A stretch of DNA of 64,000 nucleotides from Minisyncoccota bacterium (GTDB lineage Bacteria; Patescibacteriota; Minisyncoccia; SW-4-49-11). The DNA lies in NCBI GenBank assembly GCA_023264145.1, contig JALQTA010000001.1, positions 15,465-79,464 on the forward strand. Reading direction: 5' to 3'. Of the stretch, positions 47,570 through 59,800 are shown piece by piece. The position numbers and the translations under genes were made by a program. The notes below the pieces were generated by a model, which was not told the DNA's origin, did no database searches, and worked only from the letters and a program-made list of their open reading frames with translations. Each line of letters opens with the position of its first letter. Position 1 is the first letter of the stretch.

Positions 47570-48640
47570 ATGTTAGGAATTGGGTCAAAAAATTCATTTG
47601 GAATTGATATCGGGACACAAACGATAAAAATTTCTGAAGTTAATAAAAAAAACGGACGGATATTGGTTGAAAATTATGCGATATGGAGTAATGATATCAC
47701 CAATATTATTCAAGAAAAAAGTGGGGAGCATGCTCTTTCAGTGGAGAAAATTGTATCTATCATCCAGATGATGCTGAATAGTGCTCAGATGAATATCAAA
47801 GAGGCTTATATGGCAATTCCATCATATTTAGCTTTCTCCACGGTGATTGAAATGCCTGCCCTGTCTGCAGAAGAACTTATCACCGCAGTCCCATTAGAGG
47901 CGAAGCAACATATTCCTGTTCCCTTTGATACGGTACAATTAGATTGGGTTAATTTAGGTAAGAAAGCCTCAAAAGACACCTTAAATATTTTACTTATTGC
48001 AATTCCTAATAATGTCATTACTAAGTATATGGAAGTGAGTCAGGCATTAGGAATTACCATAAAAGGATTTGAACTTGATGTTTTCTCTGTAATACGATCA
48101 ATTGATTTGCCACCTAAGCAAGTATGTATTGTGGATATGGGAGCACGTACAAGTACTGTAAGTATTATTAATCCTGATCAACAATTACAAGTCTTACAAT
48201 CATTTGACTTTGGAGGAAATCATATTACAGAAGCGATTTCTCAGCTAAAGCATATCTCTTTAATAGAAGCTGATTTGTTGAAAAAAAATAATGGTATCTC
48301 AGGCTCTGATACTGAAGTTTCGGCTGCAGTTCAAACACGAATAAGGGGATTTATTACCAATGAAGTTGTTCGAATGATTCGTCAAACACAGGAAAGAAGT
48401 GACTTTGTGATTGAGGATATTATTTTGCTCGGTGGTTTTGCAAAAATGTCTGGAATACAGGAGTTTGTTTCAATGATTATAAAAAATAATTTTAATACCG
48501 ATAAACCAATAGCTGTTTCTATGGCAATTCCTACTCCTAATCTAACTATAAAGGGAGTTAAAGATGCAACGATAATACACTCAACCTGGCAAGATCTTGT
48601 ATTATCAATCGGTATTGGCTTAAAAGATTACAATATATAA
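47570..48640 (+). CDS. pilM: type IV pilus assembly protein PilM
   Basis: GIDIGT..IK, EAKQHIP, VDMGA, actin-like fold. Confidence 0.9.
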   Translation: MLGIGSKNSFGIDIGTQTIKISEVNKKNGRILVENYAIWSNDITNIIQEKSGEHALSVEKIVSIIQMMLNSAQMNIKEAYMAIPSYLAFSTVIEMPALSAEELITAVPLEAKQHIPVPFDTVQLDWVNLGKKASKDTLNILLIAIPNNVITKYMEVSQALGITIKGFELDVFSVIRSIDLPPKQVCIVDMGARTSTVSIINPDQQLQVLQSFDFGGNHITEAISQLKHISLIEADLLKKNNGISGSDTEVSAAVQTRIRGFITNEVVRMIRQTQERSDFVIEDIILLGGFAKMSGIQEFVSMIIKNNFNTDKPIAVSMAIPTPNLTIKGVKDATIIHSTWQDLVLSIGIGLKDYNI

Positions 48641-48641
48641 T

Positions 48642-49175
48642 ATGGATAATATTTCATTTATTCCTGCTAATCAAAAAAATATCAATGGACAGGTTTTGCC
48701 ATACTCGAACTCAAAACCCTACAGCACAACCTTTATGTGGATAACTATATTCTTAGTAATATACGGAATAGTGGTTGCGTTAGGGTATTGGTTTTTTATT
48801 GCTGAGCGTAAGTCAATGATAACAGAAAAAATTACAGATCTAGATAGTCAAAATGCAAACTATTATCCACAAGGAAATTTAGAGCAAAGTTTTTTTAATA
48901 TAACAGATATTATACAAAAACGAAGAGATATCAATAAGATTATTCAATCTGTGGAAGCAACCTTTATTCCTAATTTAAGAGTTAAAAATATTGTATATAT
49001 TAAAAAAAATAATACGCTTTTATTATCTGCAGTTGCTCCCACAATTAGTGATGTCACAACTCAAGTAGCTGCAATCAATAAATTACCTGAAGTATTGCCT
49101 TCAGATGCGCCTTCCATTGAGCAATTAGAAAATAATGAAGGAGCATCTTTTAATCTTATTATTAATTTGAAATAA
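48642..49175 (+). CDS. PilN-like bitopic membrane protein
   Basis: N-terminal ISFIP motif, one TM, position after pilM. Confidence 0.65.
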   Translation: MDNISFIPANQKNINGQVLPYSNSKPYSTTFMWITIFLVIYGIVVALGYWFFIAERKSMITEKITDLDSQNANYYPQGNLEQSFFNITDIIQKRRDINKIIQSVEATFIPNLRVKNIVYIKKNNTLLLSAVAPTISDVTTQVAAINKLPEVLPSDAPSIEQLENNEGASFNLIINLK

Positions 49176-49180
49176 TATCT

Positions 49181-49750
49181 ATGAATAAAGAAAATATCTA
49201 TTTCAATATCGCCTTTATTGTAGTATTTGGTTTTTTACTAGCTACCATTAACTCAGTAGTATCTGCTCGATTTTCGTCTGAGATGAAAAGTATCAATGAG
49301 CTTGAAAGACAATTACAAATTAAAGAAGCTTTTGCAGCTCAAAAATCTCCTCAAGAACTATCTGAAAGAATGAAAAAATCTATACCTGCTTCTCTTGATA
49401 AGTCTGCTATAACTCTTGCTCTTGATCAATTTGCTCGGGAGTCTAATGTTAGAATGCCCTCTTTGTCAGTAGAAGAGACTAAAAAACAAGCAGTATCTTT
49501 AGGAGATACCGCGGGCACTTCATCAGTATCTGAAGCCGTTAATATCCCTGTAGAGATGACAAATACTCTTAGATCTGCAACTATTGAAGTTTCCATTGAA
49601 GGAGGAAGACGAGAGATATATGCTTTTATTCAAAAAATATTAACAGCAAATCCATATATGGAGGTGACAGACCTTTCTCTTTCCTTTGATAAAGGTCTTG
49701 GTGCTGTAGAAGGGAATATTACCGCAATAACATATTATACTGGACTATGA
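49181..49750 (+). CDS. PilO-like bitopic membrane protein
   Basis: TM, coiled coil and ferredoxin-like domain; position in cluster. Confidence 0.65.
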   Translation: MNKENIYFNIAFIVVFGFLLATINSVVSARFSSEMKSINELERQLQIKEAFAAQKSPQELSERMKKSIPASLDKSAITLALDQFARESNVRMPSLSVEETKKQAVSLGDTAGTSSVSEAVNIPVEMTNTLRSATIEVSIEGGRREIYAFIQKILTANPYMEVTDLSLSFDKGLGAVEGNITAITYYTGL

Positions 49751-49914
49751 ACAATATCATAAAATATCAAAAAACTATTGTAAGATTAAGCTGTTTTATT
49801 ATTACATTATACTTTTTATATACATTAGGGATGATTATTTTTGGAGATATAATTATGAATACAGGGTCTCCTATACCAGATATATCTATTATTAGTAAAT
49901 ATTTTGGTTTATAA
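49747..49914 (+). CDS. small membrane protein, 55 aa, in the pilP position (not in ORF track)
   Basis: ATGA overlap with the upstream stop; stop lies 1 nt before the pilB ATG; one hydrophobic segment. Confidence 0.6.
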   Translation: MNNIIKYQKTIVRLSCFIITLYFLYTLGMIIFGDIIMNTGSPIPDISIISKYFGL

Positions 49915-49915
49915 T

Positions 49916-51634
49916 ATGATGCAATTTGATTTAAAAAAAACATTTGAAGTTCTTAAAAATGACTATCCAGATATATTTAAGGATATCCAATCTTTTGAGT
50001 CTTTACCAGAATCTGAAATCCGAACTTTTTTAGAAAAGAATTTTACAGAAAAAGAATTGTTAAAAGTCAATGCTGAGCTATTGGGGCTTACTTTTATTAA
50101 TTTAGAGGATAAGACTATTCCAAAAGAACTTTATACTATCCTTCCTTTTACGATTATGAAGCGATATACGGTAGCACCTTTTGCTCAAGAGGGGAATACC
50201 ATATATATTGCTATTGCTGATCCATATAACTATACGGCATTACAAGCAATTCGATTTGCATTTCAAGATAAGAACTTATCCTTTGAACTTCATGTAGCCA
50301 CTGAAGAAGATATTAAACAATTACTTCGTAAATCTGAAAACTTAAGTAATACGGTTACTGAGACATTAGAGGAATTTCATCAAAAAAATGAATCAGCTCA
50401 AGTATTGCCCGACGTTGATGAAATGACCACTGAAAACCTTGAGACAGCTCCTATTATCAAAATTGTATCCGTTATTATTAAAAATGCGGTAGAGGGAGGC
50501 GCCTCTGATATTCATATTGAGGGAACAGAAGAAAATGTACGTGTTCGATTTCGTGTAGATGGGGTGTTACATACGAGTCTTGTATTGCCAAAAGAAGTAT
50601 ATTCTCCAGTAGTTGCTCGTATTAAAATTTTATCTAATTTAAAAATTGACGAACAGAGAAAACCTCAAGATGGTAGATTTTCTATTTTAGAAAAGGATAA
50701 AAAAGTTGACTTCCGTGTCTCTACTTTTCCTACTCAATATGGAGAAAAAGTAGTATTGAGAATTTTAGATACTTCAAATGGTATTCGATCTATAGAAGAA
50801 TTAGGTTTTATGGGCCCTAAATTAGCAATGATTCAGGACGCCATTACCAAACCATTTGGAATGATTCTATTGACAGGACCAACAGGATCAGGAAAATCTA
50901 CTACGGTATATACATTATTATCTCAAGTCAATAAAGAAGATATTAATATTGTAACTCTTGAAGACCCTATTGAATATTATTTATCCGGGGTCAATCAGTC
51001 TCAAGTAAAGCCAGAAATTAACTATACCTTTGCATCGGGACTTCGCTCTATTTTAAGACAAGATCCAGATGTCATTATGGTGGGGGAGATTCGAGATGGT
51101 GAAACTGCGGGACTTGCCGTACAGTCAGCCTTAACAGGTCATATTGTGTTTTCTACTCTTCATACTAATGACTCTCCTGGAGCTATTCCACGACTTATTG
51201 ATATGGGGGTAGAGCCATTCTTATTATCAGCTTCTCTTCAAGTAGTAATTGCGCAAAGATTGATTCGTAAATTATGTAATGAGTGTAAGAAAGAAGTACC
51301 ATTAGAAGAAAAAGAGAGAGAGTATATTAAAAAATCTCTTGATACCTTGACTCCAGAATATATCTCTTCTGTATATAGTGGAAATTATGAAAGTATCTAT
51401 GTTCCTGTGGGATGTCCTAAATGTTCCAATGGATTTAAAGGAAGAATGGCTATCTTTGAAATTGTCTCAATGACAGAAGAGTTACAAAGCATTGTATCTA
51501 AAAATTTTAGTGAAACTGAAATTATGGATTATCTCAGAAGAAATGACTATGTAACCTTAAAACAAGATGGAATCTTTAAGGTACTTAATGGATACCTTTC
51601 ATTACCTGAGTTATTAACATCCATAGAAATATAG
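49916..51634 (+). CDS. pilB: type IV pilus assembly ATPase PilB/GspE
   Basis: ASDIHIE, PQDGRF, GPTGSGKST, LRQDPDVIMVGEIRD, tetracysteine motif. Confidence 0.95.
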   Translation: MMQFDLKKTFEVLKNDYPDIFKDIQSFESLPESEIRTFLEKNFTEKELLKVNAELLGLTFINLEDKTIPKELYTILPFTIMKRYTVAPFAQEGNTIYIAIADPYNYTALQAIRFAFQDKNLSFELHVATEEDIKQLLRKSENLSNTVTETLEEFHQKNESAQVLPDVDEMTTENLETAPIIKIVSVIIKNAVEGGASDIHIEGTEENVRVRFRVDGVLHTSLVLPKEVYSPVVARIKILSNLKIDEQRKPQDGRFSILEKDKKVDFRVSTFPTQYGEKVVLRILDTSNGIRSIEELGFMGPKLAMIQDAITKPFGMILLTGPTGSGKSTTVYTLLSQVNKEDINIVTLEDPIEYYLSGVNQSQVKPEINYTFASGLRSILRQDPDVIMVGEIRDGETAGLAVQSALTGHIVFSTLHTNDSPGAIPRLIDMGVEPFLLSASLQVVIAQRLIRKLCNECKKEVPLEEKEREYIKKSLDTLTPEYISSVYSGNYESIYVPVGCPKCSNGFKGRMAIFEIVSMTEELQSIVSKNFSETEIMDYLRRNDYVTLKQDGIFKVLNGYLSLPELLTSIEI

Positions 51635-51683
51635 TCAAATATATAAAAGTATGATACTATCAATATATGATAAATAAATACCT

Positions 51684-52061
51684 ATGAAACATAATATACT
51701 CCTGGTTGAAGATGATAGCTTTATTACCCAAATGTATGCTACTAAAATTGATGAATTGGGGTTAAGTGTTGTAACAGCATCAGAACAAGAAGAAGTAAAA
51801 AAAGCTTTAAAATCAAATAAAAAATTCAATCTTATCTTACTTGATTTGGTTCTTCCTGATGTGAGTGGCTTTGATATTTTGAAGTGGATAAAAGGACAAG
51901 ATGCTCTAAAAGATATTCCTGTTATTGTTCTCAGTAATTTATCTTCACAGGCTGATATTAATCAAGCCTTTGAGCTTGGGGTAGTAGACTATGTAGTGAA
52001 ATCTAATTATACGCCAACTGAAGTGATGAGAATTGTACAGAAATACTTGCCAGCTACTTAA
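51684..52061 (+). CDS. single-domain response regulator (CheY-like)
   Basis: LLVEDD, LLDLVLP, LSNL, VKS. Confidence 0.9.
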   Translation: MKHNILLVEDDSFITQMYATKIDELGLSVVTASEQEEVKKALKSNKKFNLILLDLVLPDVSGFDILKWIKGQDALKDIPVIVLSNLSSQADINQAFELGVVDYVVKSNYTPTEVMRIVQKYLPAT

Positions 52062-52082
52062 ATCTAATTAATAAAAATCAAT

Positions 52083-53156
52083 ATGCAAATCAATTTACCC
52101 GATATTATTACTCAAATTGTAACGGCGAAAGGATCAGATATTCATTTAACCACCGGAAGTAAGCCGATATTAAGAATAAAAAATCGATTAATTACCTTAG
52201 ACAATCATGAAGTTCTTACAAAGGAGGGATTAGACGAATTTTTAAATACTGCTATTCGACCAGATCAAGTTACTCAATTATATGCAGGGAAAGAGCAAGA
52301 TTTTGCCTATACTTCTTCAGATGGAGCTTATAGATTTCGTGTCAATGCTTTTATTGCTCAAGGAAATCCTAATTTAGTAATGAGATATTTACCATCTGAA
52401 ATTCTGACCTTTGAGCAATTGGGACTTCCTACTATTATGCATCAATTCAGTCAGTTGATGCAGGGATTTGTATTGGTAACTGGGCCAACGGGATCTGGAA
52501 AGTCAACAACATTAGCTTCAGTAATTAATGAAATTAATCATACCAGAGATGTAAAAGTGGTAACGATTGAAGATCCTATTGAGTTTATATATCAATCAGA
52601 TAAAAGTATTATTACCCAAAGAGAAGTTGGATATGATACGGAAAGCTTTAGTGGGGCTTTAGAATCCGCCTTTCGTCAAGATATTGATGTTATTCTCTTA
52701 GGGGAAATGAGAGATTTAGATACAATGAAAGTAGCAGTTACGGCTGCTGAGACCGGGCATTTAGTATTCTCAACCTTGCATACTAATAGTGCTGCTCAAT
52801 CTATTGATCGAATTATTGATACTTTCCCCACCCATCAACAGGGTCAGGTTCGCTCTCAGATATCAACCTCCCTACAAGCAGTAGTATCTCAGAGATTAAT
52901 TCCTACTATTAAGGGAGATTTAACTCCAGCACTTGAAATTTTATTAGCAAATAATGCAGTAAAGAGTCTCATTCGTGAAAATCGTATTTATCAATTAGAC
53001 ACCGTGATTGATACCCATCGTAAAGATGGCATGATTTCTATGAATGTATCTCTGTTTGATTTGATTCGTACAGGAATTGTATCTTATGAAACAGCTTTGT
53101 TGTATTCTCCTGATCCTGTGAGTTTAAGAAATATGTTAAAAAGATCAACTATATAA
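52083..53156 (+). CDS. pilT: pilus retraction ATPase PilT
   Basis: SDIHL, RFRVNAF, GPTGSGKSTT, AAETGHLV.STLH, LIRE. Confidence 0.95.
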   Translation: MQINLPDIITQIVTAKGSDIHLTTGSKPILRIKNRLITLDNHEVLTKEGLDEFLNTAIRPDQVTQLYAGKEQDFAYTSSDGAYRFRVNAFIAQGNPNLVMRYLPSEILTFEQLGLPTIMHQFSQLMQGFVLVTGPTGSGKSTTLASVINEINHTRDVKVVTIEDPIEFIYQSDKSIITQREVGYDTESFSGALESAFRQDIDVILLGEMRDLDTMKVAVTAAETGHLVFSTLHTNSAAQSIDRIIDTFPTHQQGQVRSQISTSLQAVVSQRLIPTIKGDLTPALEILLANNAVKSLIRENRIYQLDTVIDTHRKDGMISMNVSLFDLIRTGIVSYETALLYSPDPVSLRNMLKRSTI

Positions 53157-53165
53157 AACATTATT

Positions 53166-54383
53166 ATGGCAAAATTTAACTATTTAGCAAAAGCACAAGA
53201 TGGAAGTTCTCGAAAGGGGACGGTTACGGCATCGAATTCAGATACTGCCTTAAGTACCTTGCAGTCCAATGGTCTGATTGTTATTTCTCTACAAGATGCC
53301 AATGCTCAGTCTGTATTCTCTCAAGACCTAGAAGTATTTAATCGAGTAACTGCCCGAGAATTGGTAATATTTTCACGAATTTTGGCTACATTTCTTGAGG
53401 TGCAAATTCCTCTTGTTGATGCTATGGCGATGTTAGCTGAGCAGAATAAGAAAAATAAATATTTTACTTCGGTTCTTGCCCAAGTAATTACTGATTTACA
53501 AGATGGAAATCTTTTATCAGAAGCTTTATCAAAACATCCCAAAGTTTTTGATAGATTATATATCTCTATGATACGGTCTGGAGAAGCTTCAGGAGGATTA
53601 CAGGAGACATTGACCTATATGGCAGATTATCTTGAGGATCAGTATGAGCTCAATAATAAAATTAAGGGAGCTTTAGCCTATCCTATATTTGTGTTATTAG
53701 TATTCCTGGTTATAGGAATTGGTATAGCATACTTTATTCTTCCTCAATTAGTAGATGTCCTTCAAAGTCTTGGTACTGATACTGAGCTTCCATGGACAAC
53801 TCAACTGATTATTTTAGGATCCAATATTATTCAAAATTATATTTGGTTTCTATTAGGAGGGATTATTATTTTATTAGGAGGAATTTGGGCCTTCTTAAGG
53901 ACAGAGGCTGGGAAGAGGTTTAGTGATACCTGGAAAATTAGACTTCCTGTATTTGGAAGTTTATTTACCAAAATGTATGTAGCACGTTTTTCTACCAATA
54001 TGAAAACTCTTTTACAAGGAGGGGTTCCTATTATTATGGCATTAGAAATTAGTTCTGATGTGGTAGGAAATTATGTCTTTGAGGGTATAATTAAAGAGGC
54101 TATCGTAGAGATTAAAGGAGGAGCTGTAATGTCAAAAGCTTTCCTAAATCATGCTGAATTTCCTCAGATTGCTTCACAGATTATATCGGTGGGAGAGAAG
54201 ACTGGTAAGATGAATTCCGTTCTCGAGACATTAGCTCGATTTTATAAGAGAGAAGTTGATGTAGTGGTCGATAACTTAACCACATTAATTGAACCAGTAA
54301 TGATTGTGATACTAGGGATTGGGGTTGCTATATTTGTGATCTCAATTTTGATGCCAATTTATAATGTGGCTGGATCTATTTAA
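53166..54383 (+). CDS. pilC: type IV pilus platform protein PilC (GspF family)
   Basis: GEASGGL, ALAYP, GEKTGKM, LIEP..I. Confidence 0.94.
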   Translation: MAKFNYLAKAQDGSSRKGTVTASNSDTALSTLQSNGLIVISLQDANAQSVFSQDLEVFNRVTARELVIFSRILATFLEVQIPLVDAMAMLAEQNKKNKYFTSVLAQVITDLQDGNLLSEALSKHPKVFDRLYISMIRSGEASGGLQETLTYMADYLEDQYELNNKIKGALAYPIFVLLVFLVIGIGIAYFILPQLVDVLQSLGTDTELPWTTQLIILGSNIIQNYIWFLLGGIIILLGGIWAFLRTEAGKRFSDTWKIRLPVFGSLFTKMYVARFSTNMKTLLQGGVPIIMALEISSDVVGNYVFEGIIKEAIVEIKGGAVMSKAFLNHAEFPQIASQIISVGEKTGKMNSVLETLARFYKREVDVVVDNLTTLIEPVMIVILGIGVAIFVISILMPIYNVAGSI

Positions 54384-54417
54384 TATAACGTAATATGAAG
54401 AAGGGGGGTGTAAATAA

Positions 54418-54810
54418 ATGAAGCAATTAAAAAAAGGATTTACACTTATCGAGCTATTGGTGGTAATTGCAATTATTGCTATATTAGCTTCTGTGGTATT
54501 GGTAAATGTAAATCAAGCTCGTAGAAGGGCACAAGCAGCAGCTATCAAGTCAGCATTATCTCAATTAAGAACTGATAAAGAGTTAAACTTTAATGGTACA
54601 AATTATCCTTTGACACCAGCAAATTCTCAAATTCGAGCTACAATATCAGCGAATAATGGAACTTTTGCTGAAACTGCAACTCCTGGTCCAGCATATTTTG
54701 CGGCATCTACCGTCCCAGGTGAGAACGCATTTTGTGTAGATAGTACAGGGGTTGCTAGAACTTTAGGAACAACCGCTACTCCACCTACCACAGCTACAGC
54801 ATGTCCATAG
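54418..54810 (+). CDS. type IV pilin, probably the major pilin
   Basis: KKG|FTLIELLVVIAII; C-terminal Cys pair; strong SD-like AAGGGGGGTG. Confidence 0.92.
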   Translation: MKQLKKGFTLIELLVVIAIIAILASVVLVNVNQARRRAQAAAIKSALSQLRTDKELNFNGTNYPLTPANSQIRATISANNGTFAETATPGPAYFAASTVPGENAFCVDSTGVARTLGTTATPPTTATACP

Positions 54811-54856
54811 TTCAAATTACGATGTATAGATAAGAGATTTAACCCTCTTGTCTATC

Positions 54857-55702
54857 ATGATAATTGGAACACAATATATGATAATAGGTATTTGGATATT
54901 TTTTAGTATTATTGGCCTTGGAATTGGGAGCTTTCTTAATGTCGTTATCTTTCGGATGGAGACAGAAAAAAAGTTCTGGAATGGAAGGTCTGAGTGTATG
55001 CATTGTCACCATACATTAGCCTGGTATGAATTAATTCCAGTACTTTCTTATATTCTACAAAGAGGGAAGTGTAGAGAATGTGAAGTCTCATTATCTCCTC
55101 AATATCCTCTTGTAGAGATAGGTACTAGTTTATTGTTCGGCGGAGTAGCCTATCTTTATGCTCCAGACCTTAGTGCGATAGTAGGGTTATCCTGGATAGA
55201 TTATGTCTATGCAATGCTTGTATTGATTCTGGTTACTCAATTGATGATTATTTTTGTGTATGATGTACGGTATCAGTTGATACCCGCAATACAATTAAGA
55301 GCAATACAAGTCTTAGGCTTGATATGGTTTATACTTCATTATTATCAAAATCGTATTGTATCAGATTCCTGGTTAACGGTACTGTTGAGTGTGTCAATTG
55401 TATTATTTTTATATATTGTTACCAAAAAACAGGGAATAGGGTGGGGAGATGTAGAGCTATTCGCAGGACTTGGTTTTTTTATCCCCTTTATGTGGTTTGT
55501 CCCATTTTTCTTTGGGTCATTTATTATAGGAACCATATGGGGGCTTACCGTAATGATAATCAATCATAATAATTCTTTAAAACAAAAAATTGCTTTTGGC
55601 CCAAGTATTATTGTTTCTTTTGTGATTATGTATAGTATTATTCAGCTCAATATTGTACCTTCTGTTAATTTATGGTATTATTTAATTATTCCTAATATAT
55701 AA
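54857..55702 (+). CDS. pilD: prepilin peptidase/N-methyltransferase (start may be 54878)
   Basis: GSFLNVVIFR, RSECMHC, GKCREC, GWGD, IAFGP. Confidence 0.93.
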   Translation: MIIGTQYMIIGIWIFFSIIGLGIGSFLNVVIFRMETEKKFWNGRSECMHCHHTLAWYELIPVLSYILQRGKCRECEVSLSPQYPLVEIGTSLLFGGVAYLYAPDLSAIVGLSWIDYVYAMLVLILVTQLMIIFVYDVRYQLIPAIQLRAIQVLGLIWFILHYYQNRIVSDSWLTVLLSVSIVLFLYIVTKKQGIGWGDVELFAGLGFFIPFMWFVPFFFGSFIIGTIWGLTVMIINHNNSLKQKIAFGPSIIVSFVIMYSIIQLNIVPSVNLWYYLIIPNI

Positions 55703-55709
55703 AATAAAT

Positions 55710-56216
55710 ATGCAAAAAGGATTTTCATTAGTAGAGCTTATTGTAAGTGTCGCTATTATTAGTACCTTGTCTACTATAGGAATTACTTCTTATGCATCAA
55801 GTCAACGTAGAGCTCAACTTGATGCAGATGTAATTTCTGTATATTCTGCTATTCGTAAGGCACAAAATAGGGCTTTATCACCCTCTAAATCTGATTTTGG
55901 TATTGCTGAGACAGATGAATTATGTGCCTTAGGGGTTGATTTTCAGTCTCCTAATAGAATTAGACCTTTTGCTATATCTCGTTCTCCTGGTCCAGGAGCT
56001 CCCTGTGGGTCGTCAGGATTACCAAAAGTTTATAGGGGAGAAACTCTATTATCAACGAGCTCCTTTGGTCATACAGGTACTATAGAAGTATTATTTAGTC
56101 CACCCTTTGCTCAAAAACAATCTACAGGAAATACCAATATCCAAATTCGAAACTCAGGAAATACCTTAACAAAAACGATTACCATTAGTAGTACAGGGTT
56201 AATAAAAACAAATTAA
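55710..56216 (+). CDS. minor pilin (FimT/GspH-like)
   Basis: KG|FSLVEL N-methylation motif. Confidence 0.85.
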   Translation: MQKGFSLVELIVSVAIISTLSTIGITSYASSQRRAQLDADVISVYSAIRKAQNRALSPSKSDFGIAETDELCALGVDFQSPNRIRPFAISRSPGPGAPCGSSGLPKVYRGETLLSTSSFGHTGTIEVLFSPPFAQKQSTGNTNIQIRNSGNTLTKTITISSTGLIKTN

Positions 56217-56219
56217 TAT

Positions 56220-56774
56220 ATGAAAATATATAAAGGATCAACATTGGTAGGAGCTCTCTTAGCCGTATTCATTTTATCTACAACCTTGGTTGCAATTCTT
56301 AATTTACAAGTAAGTATTATACAGGCAGATTTCTTTCGTAAATATGATAATACCGCAAATTTATTAGTGTCTGAGGGATTGGAATTAGTACGAGCAGTAT
56401 ATGCAAATAATGTTGAAGATACTTCTTCTGCTCCTTGGAATGAAGGACTTCAAGATGGAAGATATGCTATAGATTATGGTACGATAAATGTAATGAATGG
56501 TAATCAATTATTGAGTACTCAAAGTATAGGTAATACCTGTGATACGACCACCCCACCTACAATATCTTCCTCATGTGCTCTTATGAATACTGGAACTGGG
56601 TATAGAATCAATCCTGTAGGAAATACGATATATCGGTATGTTGATATATCGGGAAGTACCTCATCTTCTTCAGAAATTCAAGTGAAAAGTGTAGTTATGG
56701 TCAGAAATCCACGATTAAATACTACAAGAGTCTATTCTGCTGATATGACATTGTTTAATGTTAATAATAAATAA
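56220..56774 (+). CDS. minor pilin (PilV-like)
   Basis: KG|STLVGAL hydrophobic N-terminus; EGLELVR. Confidence 0.75.
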   Translation: MKIYKGSTLVGALLAVFILSTTLVAILNLQVSIIQADFFRKYDNTANLLVSEGLELVRAVYANNVEDTSSAPWNEGLQDGRYAIDYGTINVMNGNQLLSTQSIGNTCDTTTPPTISSSCALMNTGTGYRINPVGNTIYRYVDISGSTSSSSEIQVKSVVMVRNPRLNTTRVYSADMTLFNVNNK

Positions 56775-56777
56775 TAT

Positions 56778-57233
56778 ATGATGAAGCAAGGATTTACCTT
56801 AGTTGAACTCACAATAGTAGTAGGAATTTTATCTATTATCTTACTTGCTATATCTTCTCCATTTGTAAATATATTACAATATCAGCGCAATTCACAACAA
56901 AATGATAATGTTAGAGATAATATTCAATTTGTATTAAATGTACTTGATAAAGAATTAAGAACTTCATCGAATCCTTCCAGTACTGGACCAGGACAATTAC
57001 AAGTTACCAATCAAGATGGTATATCAGTTACCTATACATTATCTGGAGGGGTATTACAAAAAAATGGAGTAGCTATCACTGATCCTACGATATTTACTCT
57101 TACGAATGTACAATTTACTATTAATACGAATGGTTCCCCTACAGTCCCCGTTATTACCGTTATATTAACTGCAATACCCATTAATGGGGGAGAGTCTATT
57201 ACTATGCAGGGAACAACTATGCCAAGAAATTAA
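56778..57233 (+). CDS. minor pilin (PilW-like)
   Basis: QG|FTLVEL; LDKELR. Confidence 0.82.
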   Translation: MMKQGFTLVELTIVVGILSIILLAISSPFVNILQYQRNSQQNDNVRDNIQFVLNVLDKELRTSSNPSSTGPGQLQVTNQDGISVTYTLSGGVLQKNGVAITDPTIFTLTNVQFTINTNGSPTVPVITVILTAIPINGGESITMQGTTMPRN

Positions 57234-57244
57234 TACTATATTCT

Positions 57245-57670
57245 ATGAGAACAATGTATAAAGGAGATATTACCTTACTTACCGTTATTATGTTATCAGC
57301 TATTATGCTGATTATACTAGGATCTTTGTCTCAAAAATCTAGTATTGAGTCAGTTATATCACGAGAAAATCTTTATTCTCAACAAGCTTTACAAGCAGCT
57401 AATACGGGTCTTGATGCCTGGCAATATCAATTTGTACAAGGACCAGTAGATATTAATGAGCCTCTTGAACGTGATTGGCCTACTATTGCTTCTTCACCAT
57501 CAGGGGTTCAACAATGGATTCCCTTGCCTGGAGGGCCAGGAGGAACAATAGAATATCAGGTTAAATATATACCACCCTCTGGAGGAGTTCCTGCACAAAT
57601 TATTTCGACAGGGCGAGTTACACGGGGAGCACTTATTATTGAGAGAACCTTAGAACAAGAATTTAACTAG
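57245..57670 (+). CDS. minor pilin (PilX-like)
   Basis: KG|DITLLTV without Glu5; QALQAANTG; IISTG. Confidence 0.75.
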   Translation: MRTMYKGDITLLTVIMLSAIMLIILGSLSQKSSIESVISRENLYSQQALQAANTGLDAWQYQFVQGPVDINEPLERDWPTIASSPSGVQQWIPLPGGPGGTIEYQVKYIPPSGGVPAQIISTGRVTRGALIIERTLEQEFN

Positions 57671-57686
57671 ATGAGGAAATTGATAG

Positions 57687-59741
<2,055 letters not shown>

Positions 59742-59800
59742 TATCTAGATTTGACCAAATAGATAATTTTGGATACACTAAGAGTATAGAGAAAACATAT

